From assembly GCA_030656615.1 (NCBI GenBank), contig JAUSOY010000083.1:172522-236521 (forward strand): a stretch of DNA of 64,000 nucleotides, written 5' to 3'. Below the pieces are notes generated by a model. The model did no database searches, was not told the DNA's origin, and saw only the letters and a program-made list of their open reading frames with translations. How positions within the stretch are numbered: the first letter of the stretch is position 1; each line of letters begins with the position of its first letter. Made by a program: the position numbers and the translations under genes. Source of the DNA: Bacteroidales bacterium. GTDB lineage: Bacteria > Bacteroidota > Bacteroidia > Bacteroidales > TTA-H9. Shown here piece by piece: positions 44,991 to 54,957 of this stretch.

Positions 44991-47900
44991 ATGGCGTTTA
45001 GAAAAGATAGCAGTCAAGTCAATAGCAATTTCAGTACTATCACAATCAGCCTTGCCTCTCCCGAGTCAATTCTTGAGAGGTCAAGTGGCGAAGTACTAAA
45101 ACCCGAAACCATAAACTACAGGACCTATAAGCCTGAGCGTGATGGTTTATTCTGTGAACGGATTTTTGGTCCTGTTAAGGATTGGGAATGTCATTGCGGA
45201 AAATACAAACGCATCCGGTATAAAGGGATTGTATGCGACCGATGCGGCGTTGAAGTTACCGAGAAAAAGGTAAGACGCGAACGCATGGGGCATATCCAGC
45301 TCGTGGTACCGGTGGCTCACATCTGGTATTTCAGATCTCTGCCCAATAAAATTGGTGCATTATTGGGTCTGCAAACCAAAAAATTGGAAACGATTATTTA
45401 TTACGAGCGTTATGTAGTAATTAATCCAGGATTAAAAGCAGCCGATGGTATTAAATATCTTGACTTCTTAACCGAAGAAGAATATTTCGAAATTCTGGAT
45501 ACTTTACCAGCAGATAATCAGTATCTTGATGATACTGATCCGAATAAATTTGTTGCTAAAATGGGTGGCGAAGCCCTGTGTGATCTTTTATCCCGTATCG
45601 ATCTTGATAAAGAATCCTACGATTTAAGACATCGCGCCAATACAGAAACATCGCAGCAACGGAAAGCAGATGTACTTAAACGTCTGCAGGTTTTTGAAGC
45701 TTTCCGTGAAGCCAATAAAAATCTTGAAAACCGTCCCGAATGGATGGTTGTTAAGGTAGTTCCTGTAATTCCACCCGAATTACGTCCATTAGTTCCTCTG
45801 GACGGTGGCCGTTTTGCTACATCCGATTTGAATGACTTATACCGTCGAGTTATTATTCGTAATAACCGTCTCAAAAGACTTATAGAAATCAAAGCGCCGG
45901 ATGTTATTCTCAGGAATGAAAAGCGTATGCTTCAGGAAGCTGTTGATTCATTGTTTGATAATTCACGCAAGGTAAATTCTGTTAAAACAGAATCTAATCG
46001 TGCTCTGAAATCATTGAGTGATAGTTTAAAAGGTAAGCAGGGTCGTTTCCGTCAGAATCTTCTTGGTAAACGTGTCGACTATTCTGGTCGTTCGGTTATC
46101 GTTGTAGGTCCAGAACTCAAACTGAATGAGTGTGGATTACCGAAGGAAATGGCGTCTGAACTCTTTAAGCCATTTATTATCCGAAAGCTCCTCGAAAGAG
46201 GTATTGTTAAGACTGTAAAATCGGCCAAGAAAATCGTTGATCGCAAAGATCCGGTTGTTTGGGATATTCTGGAAAACATTCTGAAAGGTCATCCAGTAAT
46301 GCTTAACCGTGCTCCAACACTGCATAGATTGGGTATTCAGGCATTCCAGCCAAAACTTATCGAGGGTAAAGCAATACAGTTGCATCCTTTGGTTTGTACC
46401 GCGTTCAATGCTGACTTTGACGGTGACCAGATGGCTGTACACGTACCTCTTGGTAATGCTGCAATTTTGGAAACCCAAATGCTGATGCTTGCCTCTCATA
46501 ATATTCTTAATCCTGCTAATGGTGCTCCTATTACTGTTCCTTCTCAGGACATGGTTTTAGGTCTCTATTATATGACCAAATCCAGGATTAGCGAACCTGA
46601 AAATCCTGTTAGAGGAGAGGGATTTAAATTTTACTCAGCCGAAGATGTTATTATTGCCTATAATGAGAAGCGTGTTGAAATTCATGCAATGATCCACATC
46701 AGGATACCTGATAAATCCAGTGCTAAAGGTTATAAAATGATCGAAACGACACCGGGTCGTGTAATTTTTAATCAGGTAGTTCCTATTGAAATGGGATTCA
46801 TTAATGAGCTGCTGACTAAAAAAGCACTTCGTGATATCATTGGTGATATCTTCCGTAAATCAGGTACAGCTAATACCGCCAAATTTCTTGATGATATCAA
46901 GGAACTTGGATTTTCAATGGCTTTCAAAGGTGGACTTTCTTTCAAAATGGGTGATGTAATTATCCCTGAAAACAAAGAAACACTAGTAGAACAGGCCAAT
47001 GCTGAAGTTGAAGAAGTAATGTCAAACTATTCAATGGGCTTCATTACTTTCAACGAGCGTTACAATCAGATTATCGATATATGGACACATACCAATAGTA
47101 AAATCACTCATACATTGATGGATCGTCTGGCTAAAGATCGCCAGGGATTCAATAGTGTATATATGATGCTTGATTCGGGTGCCCGTGGATCTAAAGAACA
47201 GATTCGTCAGTTATCCGGAATGCGCGGTCTGATGGCCAAGCCTCAAAAATCCGGAGCCGAAGGTGGTGAAATTATCGAAAATCCCATTTTATCGAATTTT
47301 AAAGAAGGCCTCTCTGTACTCGAGTACTTTATTTCTACCCACGGTGCACGTAAGGGTCTTGCTGATACAGCTCTTAAAACTGCTGATGCCGGTTACCTTA
47401 CCCGTCGTTTGGTTGACGTTGCACAGGATGTAATCATTTCTGAGGAAGACTGCGGAACCCTTCGCGGACTTACCATCAGTGCACTCAAGAAAAATGAGGA
47501 AGTGGTGGAAACCTTGTATGATCGTATCCTTGGTCGTGTAGCCCTTCATAATGTATACCATCCTAATACAGGTGAATTGATTTCTGCAGCAGGTAATCAG
47601 CTAACTGAAGAGATTTGCCATATTATAGAAAATTCCCCACTTGAAGGCGTTGAAATTCGTTCAGTGCTTACCTGCGAATCAAAAATTGGTGTTTGTGCTA
47701 AATGTTACGGTCGTAACCTGGCAACAAGCCGTATGGTTCAGAAAGGCGAGGCGGTTGGAGTTATTGCGGCACAATCGATTGGTGAACCTGGTACACAGCT
47801 TACTCTGCGTACGTTCCACGTTGGGGGTACTGCATCCAATATTGCAACAGCCTCTAAAATTGTTGCTAAATATGGTGGAATTCTCGAAATTGATGAATTA

Positions 47901-49274
47901 CGCTCCGTTGAGTACACAACCAGCGATGGCAAAGTATATGATATTGTTATTGGTCGTTCTGCTGAAATGAGGATTATTGATCCAAATACAACAGTAGTTT
48001 TGGCTTCCAGTAATATTCCTTATGGTGCGAATTTATATTTCAAAAACGGAAGTACTGTCGCAAAAGGTGACCTCATTAGTGAATGGGATCCTTATAATGC
48101 TGTTATTCTTTCAGAAGTAACGGGTATTATCTCATTTAGCAACATTCAGGAAGGCCTGACCTATCGTGTTGAATCGGATGAACAAACCGGATATCATGAT
48201 AAGGTTGTTATCGAGTCGCGTCAAAAAACAAAGAATCCATCGGTACGAATACTGACACCTGATGGTGAGGAAATTCGTAACTATGATATTCCTGTTAGCT
48301 CTCATATTATCGTTGATGATGGAAACAGTATTAAAGCCGGTGAGATAATCGTTAAGATTCCTCGTGCTATTGGCAAATCGGGCGATATTACTGGTGGTCT
48401 GCCACGTGTTACCGAACTTTTCGAAGCCCGTAATCCTTCAGATCCTACGCGTGTTGCCGAAATCGATGGCGTAGTAACCTTTGGTAAAAAACTGAAACGT
48501 GGTAATCGTGAAGTAATTATTACCAGCAAAACCGGCGAAGAAAAGGTTTATCTTATTGCCACTTCAAAGCAGATTCTTGCTCAGGAAAATGACTACGTAA
48601 AAGCTGGAACATCATTGTCTGATGGTTCTATTGCTCCTGCTGACATCCTTGCAATTAAAGGTCCTATGAAAGTTCAGGAATATATCGTGAACGAAATTCA
48701 GGAGGTTTACCGTTTACAGGGTGTGAAAATCAATGATAAGCATTTCGAAGTCATCGTACGTCAGATGATGAGAAAAGTGGATATTGATGATCCAGGAGAT
48801 ACTAAGTTCCTTGAAGGCGATTTGGTTAATAAAACGGATTTCCAGGATGAAAATGATTGGATTTTTGGAAAGAAAGTGGTTGAAGATCCAGGAGATTCAA
48901 CATTATTTATCCCCGGTCAGATCGTCAGCGCTCGTAAGCTTCGCGATGAAAATTCCATGCTAAAACGTAAAGATAAAAAGCTGGTTGATTCCCGTGATGC
49001 TCATTCTGCAACAGCCCGTCAGGTATTACAGGGTATTACCCGTGCTTCACTGCAGACTAAGAGCTGGATTTCTGCTGCATCCTTCCAGGAAACAACCAAA
49101 GTTCTTACCAATGCTTCCATTGCTGCTAAAATCGATGAACTTGCTGGCCTTAAGGAAAACGTAATCGTTGGCCATCTGATCCCTGCGGGTACCGGATTAC
49201 GCGAATACGAAAATCTGCAGGTAGGTTCAAGAGAAGAATTTGATGCTTTGATGGCATCGAAATCGGACGAATAA
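44991..49274 (+). CDS. rpoC: DNA-directed RNA polymerase subunit beta'
   Basis: 1427 aa with a zinc-binding region ([20 protein letters not shown]) and the NADFDGD catalytic motif. Confidence 0.98.
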   Translation: MAFRKDSSQVNSNFSTITISLASPESILERSSGEVLKPETINYRTYKPERDGLFCERIFGPVKDWECHCGKYKRIRYKGIVCDRCGVEVTEKKVRRERMGHIQLVVPVAHIWYFRSLPNKIGALLGLQTKKLETIIYYERYVVINPGLKAADGIKYLDFLTEEEYFEILDTLPADNQYLDDTDPNKFVAKMGGEALCDLLSRIDLDKESYDLRHRANTETSQQRKADVLKRLQVFEAFREANKNLENRPEWMVVKVVPVIPPELRPLVPLDGGRFATSDLNDLYRRVIIRNNRLKRLIEIKAPDVILRNEKRMLQEAVDSLFDNSRKVNSVKTESNRALKSLSDSLKGKQGRFRQNLLGKRVDYSGRSVIVVGPELKLNECGLPKEMASELFKPFIIRKLLERGIVKTVKSAKKIVDRKDPVVWDILENILKGHPVMLNRAPTLHRLGIQAFQPKLIEGKAIQLHPLVCTAFNADFDGDQMAVHVPLGNAAILETQMLMLASHNILNPANGAPITVPSQDMVLGLYYMTKSRISEPENPVRGEGFKFYSAEDVIIAYNEKRVEIHAMIHIRIPDKSSAKGYKMIETTPGRVIFNQVVPIEMGFINELLTKKALRDIIGDIFRKSGTANTAKFLDDIKELGFSMAFKGGLSFKMGDVIIPENKETLVEQANAEVEEVMSNYSMGFITFNERYNQIIDIWTHTNSKITHTLMDRLAKDRQGFNSVYMMLDSGARGSKEQIRQLSGMRGLMAKPQKSGAEGGEIIENPILSNFKEGLSVLEYFISTHGARKGLADTALKTADAGYLTRRLVDVAQDVIISEEDCGTLRGLTISALKKNEEVVETLYDRILGRVALHNVYHPNTGELISAAGNQLTEEICHIIENSPLEGVEIRSVLTCESKIGVCAKCYGRNLATSRMVQKGEAVGVIAAQSIGEPGTQLTLRTFHVGGTASNIATASKIVAKYGGILEIDELRSVEYTTSDGKVYDIVIGRSAEMRIIDPNTTVVLASSNIPYGANLYFKNGSTVAKGDLISEWDPYNAVILSEVTGIISFSNIQEGLTYRVESDEQTGYHDKVVIESRQKTKNPSVRILTPDGEEIRNYDIPVSSHIIVDDGNSIKAGEIIVKIPRAIGKSGDITGGLPRVTELFEARNPSDPTRVAEIDGVVTFGKKLKRGNREVIITSKTGEEKVYLIATSKQILAQENDYVKAGTSLSDGSIAPADILAIKGPMKVQEYIVNEIQEVYRLQGVKINDKHFEVIVRQMMRKVDIDDPGDTKFLEGDLVNKTDFQDENDWIFGKKVVEDPGDSTLFIPGQIVSARKLRDENSMLKRKDKKLVDSRDAHSATARQVLQGITRASLQTKSWISAASFQETTKVLTNASIAAKIDELAGLKENVIVGHLIPAGTGLREYENLQVGSREEFDALMASKSDE

Positions 49275-49285
49275 ATATTATTACT

Positions 49286-49600
49286 ATGGATAATCAGAAT
49301 AAGCAAAACCAGATTAATATTGAATTACCCGAGTCCGTTGCCGAAGGCGAATATTCAAATCTTGCTATCATTACTCATTCCAACGCAGAATTTATTGTAG
49401 ATTTTGTTAATCTGCTGCCCGGTATGCCAAAAGCAAAAGTGAAATCGCGTATCATTCTTACGCCTTCACATGCTAAAAGGCTATACAAAGCACTGAAAGA
49501 AAATCTCACAAAGTTCGAAGCCATGCATGGCGAAATAAAAGATCATGATGGTGAAGGCGGTGGATTTCCAATGAATATCGGACCTACCGGTATGGCTTGA
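49286..49600 (+). CDS. DUF3467 family protein (conserved downstream of rpoC in Bacteroidota)
   Basis: 104 aa. The pattern YSNLAIITHSNAEFIVDF...ILTPSHAKRL was recognised by eye. Confidence 0.6.
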   Translation: MDNQNKQNQINIELPESVAEGEYSNLAIITHSNAEFIVDFVNLLPGMPKAKVKSRIILTPSHAKRLYKALKENLTKFEAMHGEIKDHDGEGGGFPMNIGPTGMA

Positions 49601-49622
49601 GTCTTGCCTTGTAATTAATATG

Positions 49623-49657
49623 AACCGCAAGAGGGATTTTCCTTTTGCGGTTTTTTT
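49623..49657 (+). terminator. Intrinsic terminator ending the rpoBC transcription unit
   Basis: aaccgcaa ... ttgcggtt hairpin followed by T7. Confidence 0.75.
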
Positions 49658-49724
49658 ATTTTCTCTGATTTTGGTATATTTATGCGCAGGAGTTGATTAA
49701 TCCAGCGCCCAAACAATCAATCAC

Positions 49725-51128
49725 ATGAAAATTATTTCTCTATTATTCTTGTTTTTTTTCAGTCTGGGAATTCATGCTCAGAAAACTTCTGGTACTAAAC
49801 TTCATAGACCTGAAACCTCGGAACTTACCGATGAAGTGGTTTATGAAACCGGTCGCTCATGGGAAGCTTACAAAAAATATGCCTGGGGGCATGATGTATT
49901 AAAGCCTCTCAGTCGTTCATTTGAAGATTGGTATGCCGAGCCTCTTTATATTTCACCAATAGATGCTTACTCTACACTTAAAATGATGGGACTTGAAACT
50001 TACGCATCTGAAATTGAAACGTATGTTGTTGATTCTTTGAGTTTTGATAAAGATATTGATGCAAAAGTATTTGAGGTTAATATCCGTATCCTTGGCGGAC
50101 TATTGTCGATGTATGAATTGAATAAAAATGAAAAGGTTTTGGAGAAGGCCATAGATTTTGCCGAACGACTAATGCCTGCTTTTCAAACAAAGACCGGAAT
50201 TCCAACGTATTGGGTAAATCTGAAAACTGGAAAAGCCCGTGGCGACACAGTTAATGTAGCGGAAGCCGGCACCTACCTTTTAGAAATGGGAATCCTGAGT
50301 TATTATACTTCGAATCCAAAGTACTATCAGGCCGCCAAACGCGCCAGTATGGCAATTTACGAACGGCGATCATCCATCGGACTTATTGGCGATGTCATCG
50401 ACGTGAACACCGGAAAGTGGATTTCCGAGAAAAGCCACATTTGTGCTGGTGTCGATTCTTATTATGAATACCTGTATAAGTCGTATATAATTTTCCCTGA
50501 TCCTGAAATAAAGGCAGTTTGGGATGAAAGTATTAAAGGCATACAGAGGTATCTGGCCGATGATTTTGAAAATGACCTGTGGTATGCTCGTGTAAATATG
50601 CATACTGGCGAAAAGTTGTCATACGTTATTACCTTGTACGATGCTTTTTTCCCGGCACTGCTTGCCTTATCAGGCGATATTGACAAAGCAGTCAGAAATC
50701 AGGAAAGTTGGGATCGGTTATGGAATTTGTATGGTATTGAGCCTGTAGCGTATGATTACCGACAGAAGATTGCAACTTACCCGAAGTATGATCTTAATCC
50801 AGAAATCATAGAATCATCCTATTACCTTTATCATTTTACAGGTGATAAAAAGTTTCTGGAAATGGCGAAGCGTTATTGGAAAAGTATTATGAAATATTGT
50901 AGAACAGATGTCGCGTTTACGATGATTGACGATGTTAGAACCATGAAACAGGGCGACCATATGGCTACATTTTTCTTCGCTGAAACACTGAAGTATTTTT
51001 ACCTGATATTTAGCCAAGATTCAGGACTCTATTCTTTTGATGATTACATCTTTACAACTGAAGCACATCCCTTTAAAAGAAGTAGTTTTTCCACTGATGA
51101 ATTGCATACTCGTTTAGGAATAAAATAA
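49725..51128 (+). CDS. Glycoside hydrolase family 47 (class I alpha-1,2-mannosidase-like), secreted
   Basis: Signal peptide. GH47 blocks are present: FEVNIRILGGLLSMYEL, VAEAGTYLLEMGILS, DSYYEYLYKSYI, ESSYYLYHFTGDKKF, ETLKYFYLIFS, FTTEAHPF. Confidence 0.88.
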   Translation: MKIISLLFLFFFSLGIHAQKTSGTKLHRPETSELTDEVVYETGRSWEAYKKYAWGHDVLKPLSRSFEDWYAEPLYISPIDAYSTLKMMGLETYASEIETYVVDSLSFDKDIDAKVFEVNIRILGGLLSMYELNKNEKVLEKAIDFAERLMPAFQTKTGIPTYWVNLKTGKARGDTVNVAEAGTYLLEMGILSYYTSNPKYYQAAKRASMAIYERRSSIGLIGDVIDVNTGKWISEKSHICAGVDSYYEYLYKSYIIFPDPEIKAVWDESIKGIQRYLADDFENDLWYARVNMHTGEKLSYVITLYDAFFPALLALSGDIDKAVRNQESWDRLWNLYGIEPVAYDYRQKIATYPKYDLNPEIIESSYYLYHFTGDKKFLEMAKRYWKSIMKYCRTDVAFTMIDDVRTMKQGDHMATFFFAETLKYFYLIFSQDSGLYSFDDYIFTTEAHPFKRSSFSTDELHTRLGIK

Positions 51129-51147
51129 AAGACGTTATACGAAAAAG

Positions 51148-51183
51148 AAAAGGGGTTGGAATACTGAATTCCAACCCCTTTTC
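51148..51183. terminator. Bidirectional intrinsic terminator between convergent genes
   Basis: aaaaggggttggaat-actga-attccaacccctttt, a perfect long stem flanked by A and T runs. Confidence 0.8.
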
Positions 51184-51199
51184 ACATGGAATGGTTTGT

Positions 51200-51757
51200 T
51201 TACAAGTAAAACATCACCAAAAATATCAGGGGAATGACAATACCCATGACTGTTAATATTGTACCTCTCCAAAGCATTCCATTCTTACCTTTAAGAATAA
51301 ACAGACCTGAGAGTGCAAGGATTATTAAAGCTCCGGCAAAAGCATCGGCCACCCATGTCCACCATTTACCCGGATTGTAATGCAGGTAGTTTGCGAAATG
51401 AAATACGGGTCTGCGTTTGAGTTTATCAACACTCCCTTTTCCTGATTCCAGATCAACCCATGCTGTTCCACCTTTCAGGAAAATCTTCAAAGAGGATTCG
51501 GAAGGGAAATAATGCTTTTTATATAATTCTTCCTCGTCCAAAGATTTAAGCATTGCTATTACATCTTCTTTGGTTTGGATTTTCCGTTGTGTTTCGGATA
51601 GTGTGAAACTATAACCACTGATATCGTAATTCGGATTCCAATCGTCAATATGGTTAACAGCGATTCCGGAAATCGCATAAATTACGGTAAGTGCAGCGAA
51701 CAGATAGCCCAAATCGCGGTGTATGGCTCTGTTCCATTTTCTCCATTTGAATTTCAT
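51200..51757 (-). CDS. PepSY-associated TM-helix family membrane protein
   Basis: 185 aa. The pattern WRKWNRAIHRDLGYLFAALTVIYAISGIAVNH plus two more TM helices is typical of PepSY_TM-like proteins. Confidence 0.6.
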   Translation of the reverse strand: MKFKWRKWNRAIHRDLGYLFAALTVIYAISGIAVNHIDDWNPNYDISGYSFTLSETQRKIQTKEDVIAMLKSLDEEELYKKHYFPSESSLKIFLKGGTAWVDLESGKGSVDKLKRRPVFHFANYLHYNPGKWWTWVADAFAGALIILALSGLFILKGKNGMLWRGTILTVMGIVIPLIFLVMFYL

Positions 51758-51766
51758 AATGAGGTA

Positions 51767-51799
51767 TAAAAAAACCGACCGGTAATTATCCGGCCGGTC
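51767..51799 (-). terminator. Hairpin plus T7 between the lipoprotein gene and the PepSY_TM gene (minus strand)
   Basis: The minus strand reads gaccggccgg-ataatta-ccggtcggt followed by ttttttt. It lies 16 nt after the stop at 51815 and ends 10 nt before the ATG at 51757. Confidence 0.55.
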
Positions 51800-51814
51800 T
51801 TGAGTTTGAATTTA

Positions 51815-52366
51815 TTATTCTTTAATAGCTTCGTATGATAATGCCTTAATTGAATAGAAAGACAGATAGGGCTTTCCGCTATCAATGATGGATGTACGAA
51901 GATCAATAATTTTTTGAAGTTCAGTTTCTTTACCTTCGTTAAGCTCATGTCCGGGTTCTCCGGTATGAAGCTTCATTACAGATTCTTCTTCTTCTGTACC
52001 TTCCATTACTTCTTGTTCCCACTTATCGAGGTATGCGTTGTCGATACGCATTTCTTCAACGAGACCTTTTACAACGATATCGCTTCCTTCCATTTCCTGT
52101 TGAAAAGCTCCGGCATCGCCAGCAAGTACCTCAACTCTGGAGTCTCCATCTGTATTTATTAGAAACATACGGCCACCGCCATGTTTACAAACATGATCGC
52201 AGGTGCCTGTAATAATAACTTCCTGACCAACATATTGTCCGGCCATTTCTTCAAACTGAGAAAGTTCAAATGTCGGTTTTTGCTGGTTTAAAGGTTTGTT
52301 TTTGTCGTTGCTACATGCAGCAAACAGGCTTGTTGCCAACATCAGATACAAGAATTTCTTAAACAT
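51815..52366 (-). CDS. Lipoprotein of unknown function with a CDHVCKHGGG motif and an acidic C-terminal half
   Basis: The ATG at 52366 gives MFKKFLYLMLATSLFAAC (lipobox). The upstream extension to 52429 would run through the predicted promoter. Confidence 0.55.
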   Translation of the reverse strand: MFKKFLYLMLATSLFAACSNDKNKPLNQQKPTFELSQFEEMAGQYVGQEVIITGTCDHVCKHGGGRMFLINTDGDSRVEVLAGDAGAFQQEMEGSDIVVKGLVEEMRIDNAYLDKWEQEVMEGTEEEESVMKLHTGEPGHELNEGKETELQKIIDLRTSIIDSGKPYLSFYSIKALSYEAIKE

Positions 52367-52426
52367 AATCAGGTGTTTTTTTGTGATTTTTTGATTTGCA
52401 ATGTTACGTATTTGACAAGAGAGTGG

Positions 52427-52434
52427 CAAATATA
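52427..52434 (-). promoter_or_regulatory. Bacteroidota -7 box (TAnnTTTG)
   Basis: TATATTTG on the minus strand, 61 nt upstream of the ATG at 52366. Confidence 0.4.
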
Positions 52435-52462
52435 TATCTGTTAAAAATTTGTTATTGTCTTA

Positions 52463-52936
52463 TCACCGACGGCTTTCAATAAACATATTCAATTCATCAA
52501 TGCTTGATTCGAACTCAAATGCATCATTTAATAGGAAATAGTTTCCAATGTCGAAGGTGTTACCATATGCATATTTTGCAAGTTCGAGACGTGTACTTTC
52601 GAAATCGAAAAGCATTATAATTTCTTTCACATGCTTGCTGAGTAAACAGTTTGAACATATAATCTGACGGGCCATGGTAAGTTTGCTGTCTTCAAAAGTC
52701 TTGGAAGCTATGGATTGCTTCATCTTCATTAATTGGGCAATTGTTAGTGGGTATGAGCATCCGACCGAACCACTGTAAGCCTGCATTGCATCGATATTTT
52801 GCCATGGAGGTGGTGAATTTGGATATTCGGTAATTCCATTTGCCTGCGTCGTTGTGGTTGTTGTAATGGTAAAATTGCTTGTGCTGTTTTGTTGCACCTG
52901 ATTACCACCGATATTCTTATTGATATTTACACCCAA
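52463..52936 (-). CDS. DUF4476 domain ORF (C-terminal part of a split gene?)
   Basis: The C-terminal region FEDSKLTMARQI...IMLFDFESTRLELAKYAYGNTFDIGNYFLLNDAFEFESS matches the DUF4476 pattern. The only start available is TTG at 52936. It is in frame with the ORF at 53063..53425. Confidence 0.55.
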   Translation of the reverse strand: MGVNINKNIGGNQVQQNSTSNFTITTTTTTQANGITEYPNSPPPWQNIDAMQAYSGSVGCSYPLTIAQLMKMKQSIASKTFEDSKLTMARQIICSNCLLSKHVKEIIMLFDFESTRLELAKYAYGNTFDIGNYFLLNDAFEFESSIDELNMFIESRR

Positions 52937-53062
52937 TTCAGGATCTTTTATTTGAATTTCTATGTTTCCAACTATGGATTTTTGCTGGTTTTAAGTGGTA
53001 ATCTGTGTGATGGTAGTTGATTGAGAATTGGTGGCCGGTGTTATTGTTCCCCAGTAACGATG

Positions 53063-53425
53063 CTATTGCGATGCTGCAGGTTGTGATGTCTGATGTATGG
53101 GTACTTCATTCAAAAAATGAAGCACATATCGCCCTTTGTTATTTTTCTTGATTTTATATGTGGCTTCCATTCCTCTTTCATTGGAAAGAATAGTTCTTTC
53201 AAAATCAGGCATTTGAGTATTCTCAAAACGGATCCTGACTTTATAGGAGAGAGTATTTAATTCAGAAACTTTTACATTGGTTTCCGGAGACTGATTTTGT
53301 TGTAAGCCATTTATAACCAGATAAAATGCCTCGCCTTGTTCGGGAAAAATGATGAGGGTTGAATTTTGTTCCGGAAGTACAATGTACATCATTAAAACGG
53401 CCAAAGCGAGCAGATGTCGGTTCAT
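53063..53425 (-). CDS. Signal-peptide ORF resembling the N-terminal beta-sandwich part of DUF4476 proteins
   Basis: 120 aa: MNRHLLALAVLMMYIVL, then FYLVINGLQQNQSPETNVKVSELNTLSYKVRIRF. It ends at a TAG that is in frame with the downstream DUF4476 ORF. Confidence 0.5.
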   Translation of the reverse strand: MNRHLLALAVLMMYIVLPEQNSTLIIFPEQGEAFYLVINGLQQNQSPETNVKVSELNTLSYKVRIRFENTQMPDFERTILSNERGMEATYKIKKNNKGRYVLHFLNEVPIHQTSQPAASQ

Positions 53426-53496
53426 AGAGTTGAAATTTAGGAAAACAATTCAGGATTTCTTAATGATATTACCTTAACAAATGCATCAATTTTTTG

Positions 53497-53504
53497 TAAG
53501 TTTG
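53497..53504 (+). promoter_or_regulatory. Bacteroidota -7 box (TAnnTTTG)
   Basis: TAAGTTTG located 44 nt upstream of the ATG at 53548. Confidence 0.45.
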
Positions 53505-53547
53505 CTTGAGGAAATTAATGTAACAGCTTATCTATTAACTATTTGAT

Positions 53548-54855
53548 ATGAAGTCTATTATAGGAATCAGGCATGAGGATAAATATTTGATGGAGCGTCG
53601 TGTACCTTTGGTTCCGGCTCATATCAAAGAATTAATCGAAAAATACGGACTCCGGTTTGAGGTGCAATCTTCGGGCAAACGGGTTTTTAGTGATAAAGAA
53701 TTTTCAGAAGTTGGAGCAGGAATTGTGCAAGATCTTTCGAATGCCGGTGTTATTTTTGGCGTAAAAGAAATGCCTTCCACTTTTTTTCAAGAGAATAAAA
53801 CCTACATATTCTTTTCACATGTTATTAAAGGACAATCCTATAATATGCCCATGCTTAATGCTATGATTCAGAATAAGTGTAATCTTATTGATTATGAAAG
53901 GGTAGCCAATGATAAAGGACAACGACTCATATTCTTTGGTCGGTATGCTGGTTTAGCGGGCATGATTAATACTCTTTGGACACTCGGCCTGCGGTTGAAA
54001 TATTACGGGCATGATACGCCATTTCTAAAAATCAAACAGGCTTATACCTACAAGTCTTTGGATGAAGCACGAGCTGCCGTGTCGGAAGTTGGCCGCGATA
54101 TTGCAGCACACGGCATGACGCCTATGCTTTCACCATTCGTATTTGGTATTACCGGTTATGGTAATGTTTCGCGGGGGGCAATGGAAATACTTGATTTGCT
54201 GCCAGTAAAGGAAATTACTCCACAAGAACTCGTGGCTGCTGGCGCAAATCTCACACCGGATCCTTTTTGTGTTTATAAAGTAGTATTTAAGGAGGAGCAC
54301 ATTTCAGCTCGAAACGATGAAAGCGATTTTGATTTACAGCATTATTATAATAATCCCGGAGAGTATCATAGTATTTTCGAACAGTATATTCCACATTTAT
54401 CGTCATTAATTAATGGAATGTACTGGGATTCGCGTTACCCCCGCATTATTACCCGTGATCAATTGATGGCATCGTATAGCGTAAACCGTATTCCTAAGTT
54501 ATTGGTAATTGGTGATATTACATGCGATCCGGATGGGTCTATTGAAGCAACAGTGAAGGGAACCTATGTTGAGGATCCCATTTACGTATACGATCCTTTT
54601 AATGCTGAGATTGTCAGTGGATACGAAACAGACGGTATTCAGATAATGGCGGTGGATATTTTACCCAGCGAATTACCTCGCGAATCTTCCGAAGCATTTA
54701 GCAGTGCCCTATACGAATATGTTGATGCCATTGCAGAATGCGATTTTTCAAAGGATTTCGCCGAACTTCAGTTGCCTATGGACATTAAGAGAGCATTGAT
54801 TTTAAAACAAGGAAAGTTTACCCCTGATTTTGAATACATTCAGGATTATTTGTAA
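53548..54855 (+). CDS. Lysine-ketoglutarate reductase-like (saccharopine dehydrogenase, L-lysine-forming; AlaDH/PNT fold)
   Basis: IGIRHEDKYLMERRVPLVPAHIKEL and the overall 435-aa layout resemble the LKR half of eukaryotic bifunctional AASS. Confidence 0.7.
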   Translation: MKSIIGIRHEDKYLMERRVPLVPAHIKELIEKYGLRFEVQSSGKRVFSDKEFSEVGAGIVQDLSNAGVIFGVKEMPSTFFQENKTYIFFSHVIKGQSYNMPMLNAMIQNKCNLIDYERVANDKGQRLIFFGRYAGLAGMINTLWTLGLRLKYYGHDTPFLKIKQAYTYKSLDEARAAVSEVGRDIAAHGMTPMLSPFVFGITGYGNVSRGAMEILDLLPVKEITPQELVAAGANLTPDPFCVYKVVFKEEHISARNDESDFDLQHYYNNPGEYHSIFEQYIPHLSSLINGMYWDSRYPRIITRDQLMASYSVNRIPKLLVIGDITCDPDGSIEATVKGTYVEDPIYVYDPFNAEIVSGYETDGIQIMAVDILPSELPRESSEAFSSALYEYVDAIAECDFSKDFAELQLPMDIKRALILKQGKFTPDFEYIQDYL

Positions 54856-54911
54856 GCGTCCACTTCCTTGTGTTTTTTTGTTTTAGTACTCTTGTTTTAG
54901 GAATCAATTAA

Positions 54912-54919
54912 TACCTTTG
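54912..54919 (+). promoter_or_regulatory. Bacteroidota -7 box (TAnnTTTG)
   Basis: TACCTTTG located 39 nt upstream of the ATG at 54958. Confidence 0.4.
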
Positions 54920-54957
54920 CTGATTGATTTACTAACCTAATAACGAATCATCACCCC

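Noticed and set aside
41123-49306. Numerous 60-144-aa ORFs on both strands inside rpoB and rpoC
   Set aside because: They are embedded in two very well-supported essential genes. Such ORFs are the typical shadow ORFs of long coding regions.
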